From NCBI GenBank assembly GCA_035400585.1, contig DAOMZR010000001.1, positions 306,643-370,642 on the forward strand: a stretch of DNA of 64,000 bases, read 5' to 3'. The translations under genes were made by a program, and so were the position numbers. Under the pieces are notes generated by a model. The model was not told the DNA's origin. It saw only the letters and a list, made by a program, of their open reading frames with translations, and did no database searches. Every line of letters begins with the position of its first letter. The stretch's first letter is position 1. Positions 28,741-38,439 of this stretch are shown here, in pieces. The stretch is from a bacterium. GTDB lineage: Bacteria > Patescibacteriota > Patescibacteriia > Patescibacteriales > UBA12465.

Positions 28741-29790
28741 ATGAAAGATTTTAGCGATATAAAAACTAAATTTAAAGAGTTGGAGGAAAAATTAATTAAC
28801 CCTGAGATAATTTCAGATACAGCCCAATTGACCAAAATCTCCAAAGAACATGCGAACTTAAAAAAATCGCATGATTTGATTTTGAAACTAGAAAAGTTAG
28901 AGGAAAATATTAAAGGCAATAAGGAAGTAATTGATTCCGAAAACGATCCGGAACTAAAAAAGATGGCCAGTGAAGAATTGCAACAACTAGAAACAGAAAA
29001 AAGCGAATTAGAAGAAAAATTAAATGAAGAATTGTTTCCCGCCGATCCTAATGATAAAAAAAATGTTATCGTCGAAGTTAGAGCTGGTGCTGGCGGAGAT
29101 GAAGGAGCTTTATTTACAGCCGAACTTTTCAGGATGTATCTTAAATTTGCCGAAAAAATGGGATGGAAAAGCGAATTGCTAAGTTCTAGCCCTATTGGAA
29201 TCGGTGGATATAAAGAAATTATTTTTTCAGTAAACGGAGCTGGTGCTTATGGTAATTTAAAATTCGAAGCCGGAACTCATCGCGTTCAAAGAGTTCCAGA
29301 AACAGAAAAACAAGGAAGAGTGCACACCTCAACTTCAACTGTTATAGTCCTGCCTGAAGCTGAAGAAATTGATATAAAAATTGACCCCAATGACTTAAGA
29401 ATAGACACCTTTTGTTCTTCTGGTCCAGGTGGTCAAAGCGTTAATACTACTTACTCTGCTATCAGAATAACCCACATTCCTAGTGGTATGGTTGTTAGTT
29501 GCCAAGATGAAAAATCACAACATCAAAACAAAGAAAAGGCTATGCAAATTTTACGCTCCAGATTACTAGCCAAAGCCGAAGAAGAAAAAGCTCTCAAAGA
29601 ATCGGCCGAGAGAAAAACTCAAATTGGCAAAGGAGATAGAAGTGACAAGATCAGAACTTACAACTTCCCTCAAAGCAGAGTCACCGATCATCGAGTAAAT
29701 ATTTCCTGGCATAATATTGATGAAATTATGGACGGAGAAATAGAGGAAATAATTAAAGAATTGAAAAAATTTCAGAAACAGCAACTTTAA
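28741..29790 (+). CDS. prfA: peptide chain release factor 1
   Basis: RVQRVPETE (PxT tripeptide of RF1) and [11 protein letters not shown] (GGQ). Confidence 0.93.
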   Translation: MKDFSDIKTKFKELEEKLINPEIISDTAQLTKISKEHANLKKSHDLILKLEKLEENIKGNKEVIDSENDPELKKMASEELQQLETEKSELEEKLNEELFPADPNDKKNVIVEVRAGAGGDEGALFTAELFRMYLKFAEKMGWKSELLSSSPIGIGGYKEIIFSVNGAGAYGNLKFEAGTHRVQRVPETEKQGRVHTSTSTVIVLPEAEEIDIKIDPNDLRIDTFCSSGPGGQSVNTTYSAIRITHIPSGMVVSCQDEKSQHQNKEKAMQILRSRLLAKAEEEKALKESAERKTQIGKGDRSDKIRTYNFPQSRVTDHRVNISWHNIDEIMDGEIEEIIKELKKFQKQQL

Positions 29791-29795
29791 AAAAA

Positions 29796-30689
29796 ATGAC
29801 CATCAAAGAAAAAACAATAGAAATCCAGAAAAAATTACTTAGAAACGGAATAGAAAAACACAACCTAGAAAGCGAAATGATAATGAGCTTAGCCTTAAAT
29901 AAGGATAGGCTTTTTTTGATTACTAACAGTTATAAAAAAATAAAAGAAAAAGAAAATAAAAAAATTAACAGAATAGTTAGTCAGAGATTAGAATTATACC
30001 CTCTAGCTTATATAAGTGGTAAAAGGAATTTTTATGATTTAGAATTTAATGTAAACAAAAATACTTTAATTCCCCGCCCCGAAAGCGAATTAATAATAGA
30101 AGAAATTGTAAAAAAGGAAAGGCAAAGTAAAAACAACAAAACATTTATTGATATTGGGACCGGAAGTGGTTGCTTAATAATTAGTTTAGCTAAAATTTTA
30201 TCAAAAAATAAAAAAAATCATTTCTACGGATTAGACATCTGTTCTAAAGCTTTAAAGGTTGCTCAGAAAAATGCTCAAAAACATAACTTGAACAAAAAAA
30301 TATTTTTTTATAAAAGTAATTTGTTGGAAAAAAATATAAAAATAAATAATAGAAATAATTTTTTAGACAACAAACATTTAATAATAATTGCTAATCTTCC
30401 CTACTTAACCAAAGAAGAAATAAGTAATTCCCCTACTATTAAATTTGAACCGAAAAAAGCTTTATATGGCGGATTAGACGGTCTAGATTTTTATCGAAAA
30501 ATGCTAGAACAAATCAAAAAATTAAAAGAAAACAATAAAATAAAAGCCGAAATTTATATGGAAATCAGTCCTTGGCAAAAGAATATTTTAATCAAAGACA
30601 TTAAACAGATCTTAAAGAAAGTAACGATAAAAATAACAACAATTAAAGATTTGAACAAAAAAAATAGAATTATAGTTTTAGAAATTTAA
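29796..30689 (+). CDS. prmC: release-factor glutamine N5-methyltransferase PrmC/HemK
   Basis: FIDIGTGSGCL SAM motif and IIANLPYL (NPPY variant). Directly follows prfA. Confidence 0.85.
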   Translation: MTIKEKTIEIQKKLLRNGIEKHNLESEMIMSLALNKDRLFLITNSYKKIKEKENKKINRIVSQRLELYPLAYISGKRNFYDLEFNVNKNTLIPRPESELIIEEIVKKERQSKNNKTFIDIGTGSGCLIISLAKILSKNKKNHFYGLDICSKALKVAQKNAQKHNLNKKIFFYKSNLLEKNIKINNRNNFLDNKHLIIIANLPYLTKEEISNSPTIKFEPKKALYGGLDGLDFYRKMLEQIKKLKENNKIKAEIYMEISPWQKNILIKDIKQILKKVTIKITTIKDLNKKNRIIVLEI

Positions 30690-30700
30690 AACTGACAAAT

Positions 30701-30737
30701 AAAAAAAGAGACGACTAGTCTCTTTTGTTTTTTTGAT
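30701..30737. terminator. bidirectional terminator between convergent genes
   Basis: AAAGAGAC-GACTA-GTCTCTTT flanked by an A run and a T run. Confidence 0.6.
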
Positions 30738-30743
30738 AAAAAA

Positions 30744-31556
30744 CTAGGAACCACAAGACATCCCCTTGCAAGAAGAATGAATTGGTTCACTTAAACAAAT
30801 ATTAACATCTGCAACATTAGGTATTGGTTTTTCTGGAAAAACCAATAAGTCAATTACTTTGCTCAAAAGTTTGGGTTCGGTTATTTTCTGCTCGGCATAC
30901 TTATTGACAATTTTCCCCACCACCTTCAAACTCTCAGAATTGATACTTTTGAATTTCTTAATAATATAGGACTCCAGATCAATTAACTCATTTTCCTTCT
31001 CGGGGCTAGAGTAATTATAAAGAATTTCAAATATCTTTATTTTGTCGCGGTCTTCAAAGGGTCCATCCAAAATTAAAGATAAAGTCATTGGAATTTTAAC
31101 TACAGCATTTTTATATTTACCATCAATGGTAGTTTTAAATACTAATTCTTTTTCAAAATACGAACGATCATTACTAAAGGCACGAACAATAAAAACCTTT
31201 CCTTTATTCCAAATTGGCTCGTTTAAAATAGTTGGTTTATTTTGCTTGTCAACAAAGATCAAGAACCAAGGATTGCGATAATTATCGTTATAATAATTCG
31301 GCCTTGTTATATATTTATGTATTATTAGGTAATTTAACAAAATCAAAAACAAAACAAAACCAAAAGAAATAAAAAAATTACACCAATTAAGAATAGAAAG
31401 AGTTTTGGGACTGAGACCGCTAATAAAACCATTGTTAAAATCAATTAACATCAAAACGAACATAAGAATAAACCAAATCGACAGAAATGGAATCAATAAA
31501 AGACCAGTTGGATGCTTAGCCATAAATAAAAAGTAGGACTGAAACGGTTTTTTCAT
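30744..31556 (-). CDS. membrane protein (270 aa) with soluble C-terminal domain and Cys-rich tail
   Basis: Three N-terminal TM segments and a ~170-aa C-terminal domain. It ends ...PIHSSCKGMSCGS. Confidence 0.6.
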   Translation of the reverse strand: MKKPFQSYFLFMAKHPTGLLLIPFLSIWFILMFVLMLIDFNNGFISGLSPKTLSILNWCNFFISFGFVLFLILLNYLIIHKYITRPNYYNDNYRNPWFLIFVDKQNKPTILNEPIWNKGKVFIVRAFSNDRSYFEKELVFKTTIDGKYKNAVVKIPMTLSLILDGPFEDRDKIKIFEILYNYSSPEKENELIDLESYIIKKFKSINSESLKVVGKIVNKYAEQKITEPKLLSKVIDLLVFPEKPIPNVADVNICLSEPIHSSCKGMSCGS

Positions 31557-31605
31557 GATTTCTAAGTTTTAAAAGTGATTATTAAATTTCAAAGGACATC
31601 GCGAA

Positions 31606-31634
31606 ATTATATAATAAAGAAAGACAAAAGTCAA
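31606..31634 (-). promoter_or_regulatory. consensus promoter for 30744..31556
   Basis: Minus strand TTGACT (31634..31629), 17 nt, TATAAT (31611..31606). Confidence 0.55.
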
Positions 31635-32768
31635 TTAATATTTCACTTCTGTATTTTCGTCAATAAAATGTATCCAAGTTTGACCAACATTAAGAATTAC
31701 CTCTTTTCCATTATTTTCTCCGTTATCATAAAAATACCTCGTTCTATTATCATCTTTATCTTTCTCCCAATAAGCCTCCTTGCAAATTCCATCCAAACAA
31801 ACAATGGCCTTGCCGCCACTAACAAGATCAATTTTTAACCTTAAAGCCGAATCTAAAACCTCTGTTTCTACAAATTGAAAAATTAAATTTTCGGCCTTAA
31901 TCTGATTACCACCGTCATCAACTTGTTTTTTACCAGCCAAACTTCTTAAATAAACATTTTGATTAATATCATAAGACCAATCAACTTCATATTGTTTTTG
32001 ACCATTGCTAATCTTTATATCCAAGCTAGCAAAAAATAAATCTAAATCTTTAATTATTTCTTTATCCTTAAATTTCCATTGTTTAAAATTTGATTTATCA
32101 TAATTTCTTTCTAGCAAATATTCTTTAAGGCGATCCAAATTTAATAAAACATTATGTGGGGCTAAATAATTACTATTTCTTCTAAAATAATATTCATTAT
32201 AAAATTCATTTAAACTTAACAATTTTTCTTTAGAAATTTTAGCCAATGCCTCCGGACTGCCTCCGCAATGAATTAACATTGCTCCATATTCCTGAGCAAT
32301 ATCCAAAAAATAAGGACGAGCACTGCGAATTGGACCAATATCCAAATCATTTTTGTCGTCAACAACAAAAAAAGCCAAATAACGATTAATACCACCTTCG
32401 GCTGGAATATCATAAACCAATTCGGCTGACGATAAACTAAAGGCTGGGCGAGCATCTGGATGATTATCAATAACACTTGCAATTAAAAAAGAATTGGTTT
32501 TATTATTATCTTCAATCAATTTGCCATCAATTAAACGACGCTGACAATTTTCACAAGCCATGTCTTGATTATTTTCGACCACATTTTCATAAATTTTATT
32601 TTCATTGACAACTTGCTTCTCCCTAAAAACAAAAACAAAAGACAAAAACAAAGCTAAAACAACAAGAATTCCAATTAAAATATAAAAAAGTCTGGATGAC
32701 TTTTGTTTTGATTTTTCTTTGATTTTTAAATTGTTTTCTTCAATTTTTCTTTTAATAAATTTTATCAT
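31635..32768 (-). CDS. DUF3048-family (YerB-like) anchored protein
   Basis: N-terminal TM, then SVIDNHPDARPAFSLSSAELVYDIPAEGGINRYLAFF...GPIRSARPYF, typical of DUF3048. Confidence 0.8.
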   Translation of the reverse strand: MIKFIKRKIEENNLKIKEKSKQKSSRLFYILIGILVVLALFLSFVFVFREKQVVNENKIYENVVENNQDMACENCQRRLIDGKLIEDNNKTNSFLIASVIDNHPDARPAFSLSSAELVYDIPAEGGINRYLAFFVVDDKNDLDIGPIRSARPYFLDIAQEYGAMLIHCGGSPEALAKISKEKLLSLNEFYNEYYFRRNSNYLAPHNVLLNLDRLKEYLLERNYDKSNFKQWKFKDKEIIKDLDLFFASLDIKISNGQKQYEVDWSYDINQNVYLRSLAGKKQVDDGGNQIKAENLIFQFVETEVLDSALRLKIDLVSGGKAIVCLDGICKEAYWEKDKDDNRTRYFYDNGENNGKEVILNVGQTWIHFIDENTEVKY

Positions 32769-32781
32769 AATTCATAATTAC

Positions 32782-33996
32782 TTAAAGTGATTTAATTTCT
32801 CTCAATGTTTCTTCGGCGCATTTTCTCCAGGAAAAATTTTTTGAACGGGCGAAACCATTGCTTACCATTTTTTTAGTCATCTCTTCATCTTTAATAACCA
32901 GTTCCATTTTAGAGCATAAATCATTTTCATCTCTGGGGTTGAAAAATAAGGGAGAATCACCACCAACCTCTCTCAAAACATCAATATCGGAAGCAATAAC
33001 GGGAACACCACAAGCCATGGCTTGTAAGATTGGGATTCCAAAACCCTCATAAAGTGAAGGAAAAACAAAGGCTTTGGCTCCACTAAAAATATAGGGCATA
33101 TCTTTTTCATCAATCCAGCCCAACATTACAATATCATTAAATAAATCATATTCCGAAATCATATATTTAATTTCATCGTAACCGAAACCAATATTACCCA
33201 CTAAAATTAATTTTTCCTCTGAATTTTTGTTTTTTTCTTTATAAAGACTAAAAGCCTTAATTAATAAAGAAATATTTTTTTTCTTTTCTATACGGCCGAC
33301 ATATAAAAAATAGGGGTTATTTAGTCCATAAGAGAATAAAACATTCTTAATCTCTTCCTGATTATCAATTTTTTTATACAAAGAATCAATAAATCCATTA
33401 TAAACAACGGAAATTTTGTCTTCTTTTATTTTGTAGTGAGATAAAATTTCTTTTTTAGTGAAATTAGAAACTGAAATTATTTTTTTTACCCTCTTTAAAG
33501 CAAATTTAGTCGACCAATTAAGATAATCTGATGATTTTAATCTACATTTTCCTCTGGTAAAAATACTAATTAAAATCCTAACAATTTTTTTGATTAAGCC
33601 AGAATTAAAATCAACTACGTCCTTATTATAAAGACATTCATCTCTAACAAAAGCAATGTCATGAATAGTAGTAATGCTTTTTCTAGGGAAAAATAATGGC
33701 ATAACATGGGCTGGCACAAACAAAACATCTGGACGAGAAATTATCATTTCTAAACTAAGCCTGCCCAGTGTCCAAAAAAATTTAAAAGGCCATTTCAAAA
33801 CCTTAACTTTAACATGTTTATTTTTTTCTAAATTCAAGTCTTTTAAAAAGTTTTCTGAGAATGGTTTATCAGTGTATAAAATATATTTATTTTCCTTGTC
33901 AATTTCAATCAAATTGTTAATCAAATAATAAGAATACCACTCAGTACCGGTCTTAAAATCTCTATTAGCTCTTGAGGCATCTATTCCTATTTTCAT
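32782..33996 (-). CDS. glycosyltransferase family 4 (GT-B)
   Basis: FVFPSLYEGFGIPILQAMACGVPVIASD. Confidence 0.85.
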   Translation of the reverse strand: MKIGIDASRANRDFKTGTEWYSYYLINNLIEIDKENKYILYTDKPFSENFLKDLNLEKNKHVKVKVLKWPFKFFWTLGRLSLEMIISRPDVLFVPAHVMPLFFPRKSITTIHDIAFVRDECLYNKDVVDFNSGLIKKIVRILISIFTRGKCRLKSSDYLNWSTKFALKRVKKIISVSNFTKKEILSHYKIKEDKISVVYNGFIDSLYKKIDNQEEIKNVLFSYGLNNPYFLYVGRIEKKKNISLLIKAFSLYKEKNKNSEEKLILVGNIGFGYDEIKYMISEYDLFNDIVMLGWIDEKDMPYIFSGAKAFVFPSLYEGFGIPILQAMACGVPVIASDIDVLREVGGDSPLFFNPRDENDLCSKMELVIKDEEMTKKMVSNGFARSKNFSWRKCAEETLREIKSL

Positions 33997-34004
33997 ATTT
34001 TTTT

Positions 34005-34035
34005 ATAAAAACAACAAACCTCGCTCGCGCGAGGA
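34005..34035 (-). terminator. terminator of the second mreB
   Basis: Minus strand CCTCGC-GCGA-GCGAGG followed by TTTGTTGTTTTT. Confidence 0.6.
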
Positions 34036-34045
34036 TGTAAAAAAT

Positions 34046-35059
34046 CTATTTAGTTGCTAGAATGCTTCTCTTGTAAGAATCCAAATTATCTAGAGCAATT
34101 CCAGTTCCTTTGGCTACGCATAGCATCGGATCATCAGCTACATAAGCTGAAACTCCCAAGGCTCTGGAAAAAAGTTGGTCAATATTTCTGAGCAAAGAAG
34201 TTCCTCCAGTTAAAACAATTCCTTTATCAATTATATCAGCCACCAACTCTGGTGGAGTTTGTTGTAATATTTTTTTAGCAGTATTCAAAATTGTTTCCAT
34301 TTCTCCTGAAATAGCAGCGGTTACATCATTGCTATTGACTTCCATTGTTCTAGGTAGTCCGCTAACGCCATCGCGACCATTAATTTCCATGATCAACTTA
34401 CTATCGTCGTCTAGAAACAAAGCTGAACCAACTTTCATTTTCATTTCTTCGGCCGTTCTCTCTCCTATAACCAAATTATATTTTTTTCTAATATATTCTA
34501 AGATTGCCAAGTCTAATTTATTTCCGCCAACTCTAACTGAAGTTGAAGAAACAACACCACCTAGAGATATAACTGCCATTTCCGATGTTCCACCACCGAT
34601 ATCAACCACCATGTGACCAGTGGCCGAACTAATAGGAATATTAGCTCCAATAGCAGCTGCTACTGGCTCTTTGATAATATAAGCGGCCTTAGCTCCAGCG
34701 GCAATGGTTGCCTCAATTACTGCTCTTCTTTCAGTGGAAGATATTCCAGCTGGAACAGCAACCATAACTTCTGGACGAAATATTCTAACCTTTCCCAATG
34801 TTTTATTAATAAAGTAGCGAATCATTGCTTCGGTTGTTCGATAGTCAGCTATAACTCCGTCTTTTAAAGGTTTTAAAGCAACAATAGTGTCGGGTGTTCT
34901 GCCCAACATATCCTTAGCATCATTTCCAACAGCCAATATTTTATTGTCGTCGATAGAAACAGCCACCACGCTAGGTTCATTAATAACTACGCCTCTTTTT
35001 GGTAAATAAACCAAGGTATAAGTAGTTCCTAAATCAATTCCGATTCTTTTGGCTAACAT
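34046..35059 (-). CDS. mreB: actin-like rod-shape protein MreB (paralog 2, monocistronic)
   Basis: IGIDLGTTYTLVY, VVDIGGGTSEMAVISLGG, GIVLTGGTSLL. Has its own promoter and terminator. Confidence 0.9.
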   Translation of the reverse strand: MLAKRIGIDLGTTYTLVYLPKRGVVINEPSVVAVSIDDNKILAVGNDAKDMLGRTPDTIVALKPLKDGVIADYRTTEAMIRYFINKTLGKVRIFRPEVMVAVPAGISSTERRAVIEATIAAGAKAAYIIKEPVAAAIGANIPISSATGHMVVDIGGGTSEMAVISLGGVVSSTSVRVGGNKLDLAILEYIRKKYNLVIGERTAEEMKMKVGSALFLDDDSKLIMEINGRDGVSGLPRTMEVNSNDVTAAISGEMETILNTAKKILQQTPPELVADIIDKGIVLTGGTSLLRNIDQLFSRALGVSAYVADDPMLCVAKGTGIALDNLDSYKRSILATK

Positions 35060-35086
35060 AAGATTATAAGCTTTAAATATAGGTAT

Positions 35087-35115
35087 ATATTAACCCTGTT
35101 TGAGTTTTTAGTCAA
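35087..35115 (-). promoter_or_regulatory. promoter for mreB paralog 2
   Basis: Minus strand TTGACT (35115..35110), 17 nt, TAATAT (35092..35087). Confidence 0.55.
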
Positions 35116-35130
35116 TAGAATTTAACAATT

Positions 35131-36387
35131 TTACTCCTTCCTCAAAGCCTCAACTGGATTAAGTTTGCCGGCTTTTCTGGCTGGAAAAATACCAAAAATA
35201 ACACCAAAAAATATAGCAAAAAGTATTGAAACTACAAAAGATTTAAGAGGTACAACAAATTTCCATTCCAAGCCTAGATAATTAGCCACCAAACAAACTA
35301 AAAAAGAAAAAGCGATGCCCAAAATCATACCACCAACTGCACCAATAAGTGTTATTAAAACCGATTCTACCAAAAATTGAGTCATTATATCTTTAAATCT
35401 AGCACCGACCGCTTTTCGAAGACCAATTTCAGGAGTTCTTTCAGAAACAATAACGTACATGACGTTTAATATGCCAACACCGCCAACCACCAAAGAAACA
35501 GCCACTATCAGTAATAAAAGTATGGTTATGCCATTAGTTATTGTTTTGGTCATGTCCATCATTTCGTTCATGGTAGTAACTTTGAAATCATCTCTGTCAG
35601 GATTAGATATTCCATGATTTTCTCTCAAAACATCTCTCATTATATCAGCTGTTTCTTCAGCCAATTCCTGGTCTTTAATTTGATGAACCATGTACATATA
35701 ATAATCAATGCCCATTATTTTTTTCTGTAAAGTTTTAACCGGTAAAACTACCATGGTATCGAAATCCATTCCAAAAGTAGCTCCCCTTTCTTTAAGCACT
35801 CCTATTACTTCGTACCTGCTCCTTTTAATAGTTACCATTTTACCCACTGGATCTTCATCTTTAAAAATATCTTCAGCTACTTTACTTCCCAAAACAACAA
35901 CCTGAGATAAAGAATTGTCATTTTCATCGCTAAAAAAATAACCCTTATCAACTTCAGTTTTATCAATGTCTATATAACTAGAACTAACACCAAACAAAAA
36001 AACTTTTTTAGTTTCATTAAGATAGGAAATGGTTTCTTGACCCAAAATAGCTCCGTAGCCATCAGCAACATTTGAAATCTTTTTTATATCTTCCAAATCT
36101 TCTTCCTTCATTGTAGTAACTTGAGTTCCACCAACAATAGCTTCAGCACTTTCTCGTTCAGCCTCCATTCCCTTTTTATCGTTAGGAACTCTAACTTCGG
36201 TTTGAATAATGTTTGTTCCAAAAGCTTCAATTTGACCAATAATTAAACTTCTAATTCCTTCTCCAGTGGAAAAAACAATCATAATACTGGCAATACCAAT
36301 TAGCATTCCCAAAACAGTCAGGCCAGTCCTCATTTTGTTTTTGGCCATTAACTTTAACGATAATTTTACACTTTCTACTATTTTCAT
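35131..36387 (-). CDS. ABC transporter permease, MacB/FtsX type (permease B)
   Basis: TM1, a ~250-aa extracytoplasmic domain, then three C-terminal TMs with ERTPEIGLRKAVGA (FtsX-domain motif). Confidence 0.88.
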   Translation of the reverse strand: MKIVESVKLSLKLMAKNKMRTGLTVLGMLIGIASIMIVFSTGEGIRSLIIGQIEAFGTNIIQTEVRVPNDKKGMEAERESAEAIVGGTQVTTMKEEDLEDIKKISNVADGYGAILGQETISYLNETKKVFLFGVSSSYIDIDKTEVDKGYFFSDENDNSLSQVVVLGSKVAEDIFKDEDPVGKMVTIKRSRYEVIGVLKERGATFGMDFDTMVVLPVKTLQKKIMGIDYYMYMVHQIKDQELAEETADIMRDVLRENHGISNPDRDDFKVTTMNEMMDMTKTITNGITILLLLIVAVSLVVGGVGILNVMYVIVSERTPEIGLRKAVGARFKDIMTQFLVESVLITLIGAVGGMILGIAFSFLVCLVANYLGLEWKFVVPLKSFVVSILFAIFFGVIFGIFPARKAGKLNPVEALRKE

Positions 36388-36407
36388 AAATAATATTTCA
36401 CAATAAT

Positions 36408-37664
36408 TTATTCGTAACTTAAAGCTTCTACCGGTTCTAGTTTACTAGCCTTTTTGGCTGGATATAAGCCAAAAATAAGTCCAACTAAAGCTGAAACTGA
36501 CACAGCCAAGAAAATAGAAAACAAGCTTACTTTAAAAACCCAATCATAATTTAAATAAGTAACAACCACAAAAATTAACCAAGAAAAAATAATTCCTAAA
36601 ACTATTCCGATAATTCCTCCAATCAATGTTAAAAAGATAGATTCCAATAAAAATTGCATTACAATATTTTTATTAGAAGCGCCAATTGCTTTTCTAAGGC
36701 CAATTTCCCTGGTTCTTTCATTAACACTAATAAGCATAATGTTCATAATACCAATACCACCAACAATAAGAGAAATACCGGCCATCATAGCTAAAAAATA
36801 ACGCAAAGCATCAGTAATTGTTCTAACCAAGTCTATTAATTCCGAAGCGGTTCTAACCGTAAAATCATCACTTTCACCCGTTTGATCTTTTATATTATGG
36901 CTATCTCTAAGAAGGACTTCTATTTCAGAAACAGCTTTTTCGATTTCAACTGATTCATCAACTTTGATAGCAATATTATTAAAATAATTTATACCCAATA
37001 TATTTTTTTGCATCGTTTTAACCGGTAAAAAAATATTATTATCAACATTTTGAAAAAAAACCTGACCTCTTTTATCTAAGATTCCGATTACTTCAAAAAT
37101 ATTATTTTTAATTTTTATCTTTTGTCCAATAGCATTATTTTCACCAAACAATTCATCTTTAGCAGAGTAACCAAGAACAGCTACTTTGGCCAAATTATTG
37201 TTTTCTTCTTCCGTAAAAAAACGACCATCAATCAATTCGGTATCACTCATATCAAAATAAGATTTATTAACACCATCAACGCTAGCACTATAAGAATTAC
37301 CATTCCAGGAAGTTGTAACTGAACCACTAACTTCAGCCGTTAAATGAGAGATGCCAATAGTCTCTCTGTTGGATTCTAACATTTTCAAATCTCTATCATC
37401 CAAAGAAGTAACGACTATTCCCAAAACTGATGTTGGCGGACCATTATCATCCGATTTTCCTGGCGTAATTGAAATCAAATTAGTTCCGATTCCCTCTATC
37501 TGACCCAAAACTAAACTTTGAGCACCAGCTCCAACAGCAATAATAACAATAACCGAGGCCACACCAATAATAATGCCCAACATAGTTAAAAAACTACGGG
37601 CTTTATTGCTTAGTAAGGATCGAAGAGAGGTTTTAAATATTTGTTTGATTGACAGAAAAACCAT
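36408..37664 (-). CDS. ABC transporter permease, MacB/FtsX type (permease A)
   Basis: Same architecture with ERTREIGLRKAIGA. Paralogous to 35131..36387. Confidence 0.88.
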   Translation of the reverse strand: MVFLSIKQIFKTSLRSLLSNKARSFLTMLGIIIGVASVIVIIAVGAGAQSLVLGQIEGIGTNLISITPGKSDDNGPPTSVLGIVVTSLDDRDLKMLESNRETIGISHLTAEVSGSVTTSWNGNSYSASVDGVNKSYFDMSDTELIDGRFFTEEENNNLAKVAVLGYSAKDELFGENNAIGQKIKIKNNIFEVIGILDKRGQVFFQNVDNNIFLPVKTMQKNILGINYFNNIAIKVDESVEIEKAVSEIEVLLRDSHNIKDQTGESDDFTVRTASELIDLVRTITDALRYFLAMMAGISLIVGGIGIMNIMLISVNERTREIGLRKAIGASNKNIVMQFLLESIFLTLIGGIIGIVLGIIFSWLIFVVVTYLNYDWVFKVSLFSIFLAVSVSALVGLIFGLYPAKKASKLEPVEALSYE

Positions 37665-37671
37665 AAAAATA

Positions 37672-37691
37672 AATTCCTTAAAAAAGGAATT
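37672..37691 (-). promoter_or_regulatory. intra-operon hairpin between ATPase and permease genes
   Basis: AATTCCTT-4 nt-AAGGAATT, followed on the minus strand by TATTTTTAT. Confidence 0.35.
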
Positions 37692-37713
37692 AAATTATAA
37701 ATACAGAAAAAAA

Positions 37714-38439
37714 CTATTTAACTAAAATTCCGTTTTCAATAAAACGACGATTAGCTACTGGCTCATCGCTAATTATAATTCCGTCTTTGATTTTTATAAT
37801 TCTTTTAGCATGTTCAGCCGTGGCTGTTTCATGGGTTACCAAAATTATGGTGTTTCCAGCATCATTTAATTTTTGCAAAATCTCCATAACTTGAGCGCCA
37901 GATTTTGAATCTAGGTTACCAGTTGGTTCGTCAGCAAAAATAACCGATGGACTATTGACCAAAGCTCTAGCGATAGCCACTCTTTGTTTTTCTCCTCCCG
38001 ATATTTGATTAGTATAATAATTCAATCTATGCCCCAAACCAACACTTTCTAAAACTTTAGATGCTCTTTCTTTCATATTTCTTTTGTTATCAGAGTAGGT
38101 TAAAGGTAAAATCACATTTTCTAAAACAGTAGTTTTGGGCAACAAATTAAAAGCCTGAAAAACAAAACCAATTTTATCATTACGAAAGCTGGCTAATTGA
38201 TCATCATTTAAAGAAGAAACATCGCGACCCTCAAGTTTGTAAACGCCAGAAGTGGAACGATCAAGCAAACCAAGAATGTGCATTAAAGTCGACTTGCCAG
38301 AACCAGATGGGCCCATTATTGAAACAAATTCACCAAAATCAATATTAAAGGAAATGCCATGCAAAACTTTAGTAACTAAATCACCACTAGAATACTGCTT
38401 TTTAAGATTTTCAATTTCGATTAACATATTATTTTCCAT
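37714..38439 (-). CDS. ABC transporter ATP-binding protein (MacB/LolD family)
   Basis: [40 protein letters not shown]. Confidence 0.92.
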   Translation of the reverse strand: MENNMLIEIENLKKQYSSGDLVTKVLHGISFNIDFGEFVSIMGPSGSGKSTLMHILGLLDRSTSGVYKLEGRDVSSLNDDQLASFRNDKIGFVFQAFNLLPKTTVLENVILPLTYSDNKRNMKERASKVLESVGLGHRLNYYTNQISGGEKQRVAIARALVNSPSVIFADEPTGNLDSKSGAQVMEILQKLNDAGNTIILVTHETATAEHAKRIIKIKDGIIISDEPVANRRFIENGILVK

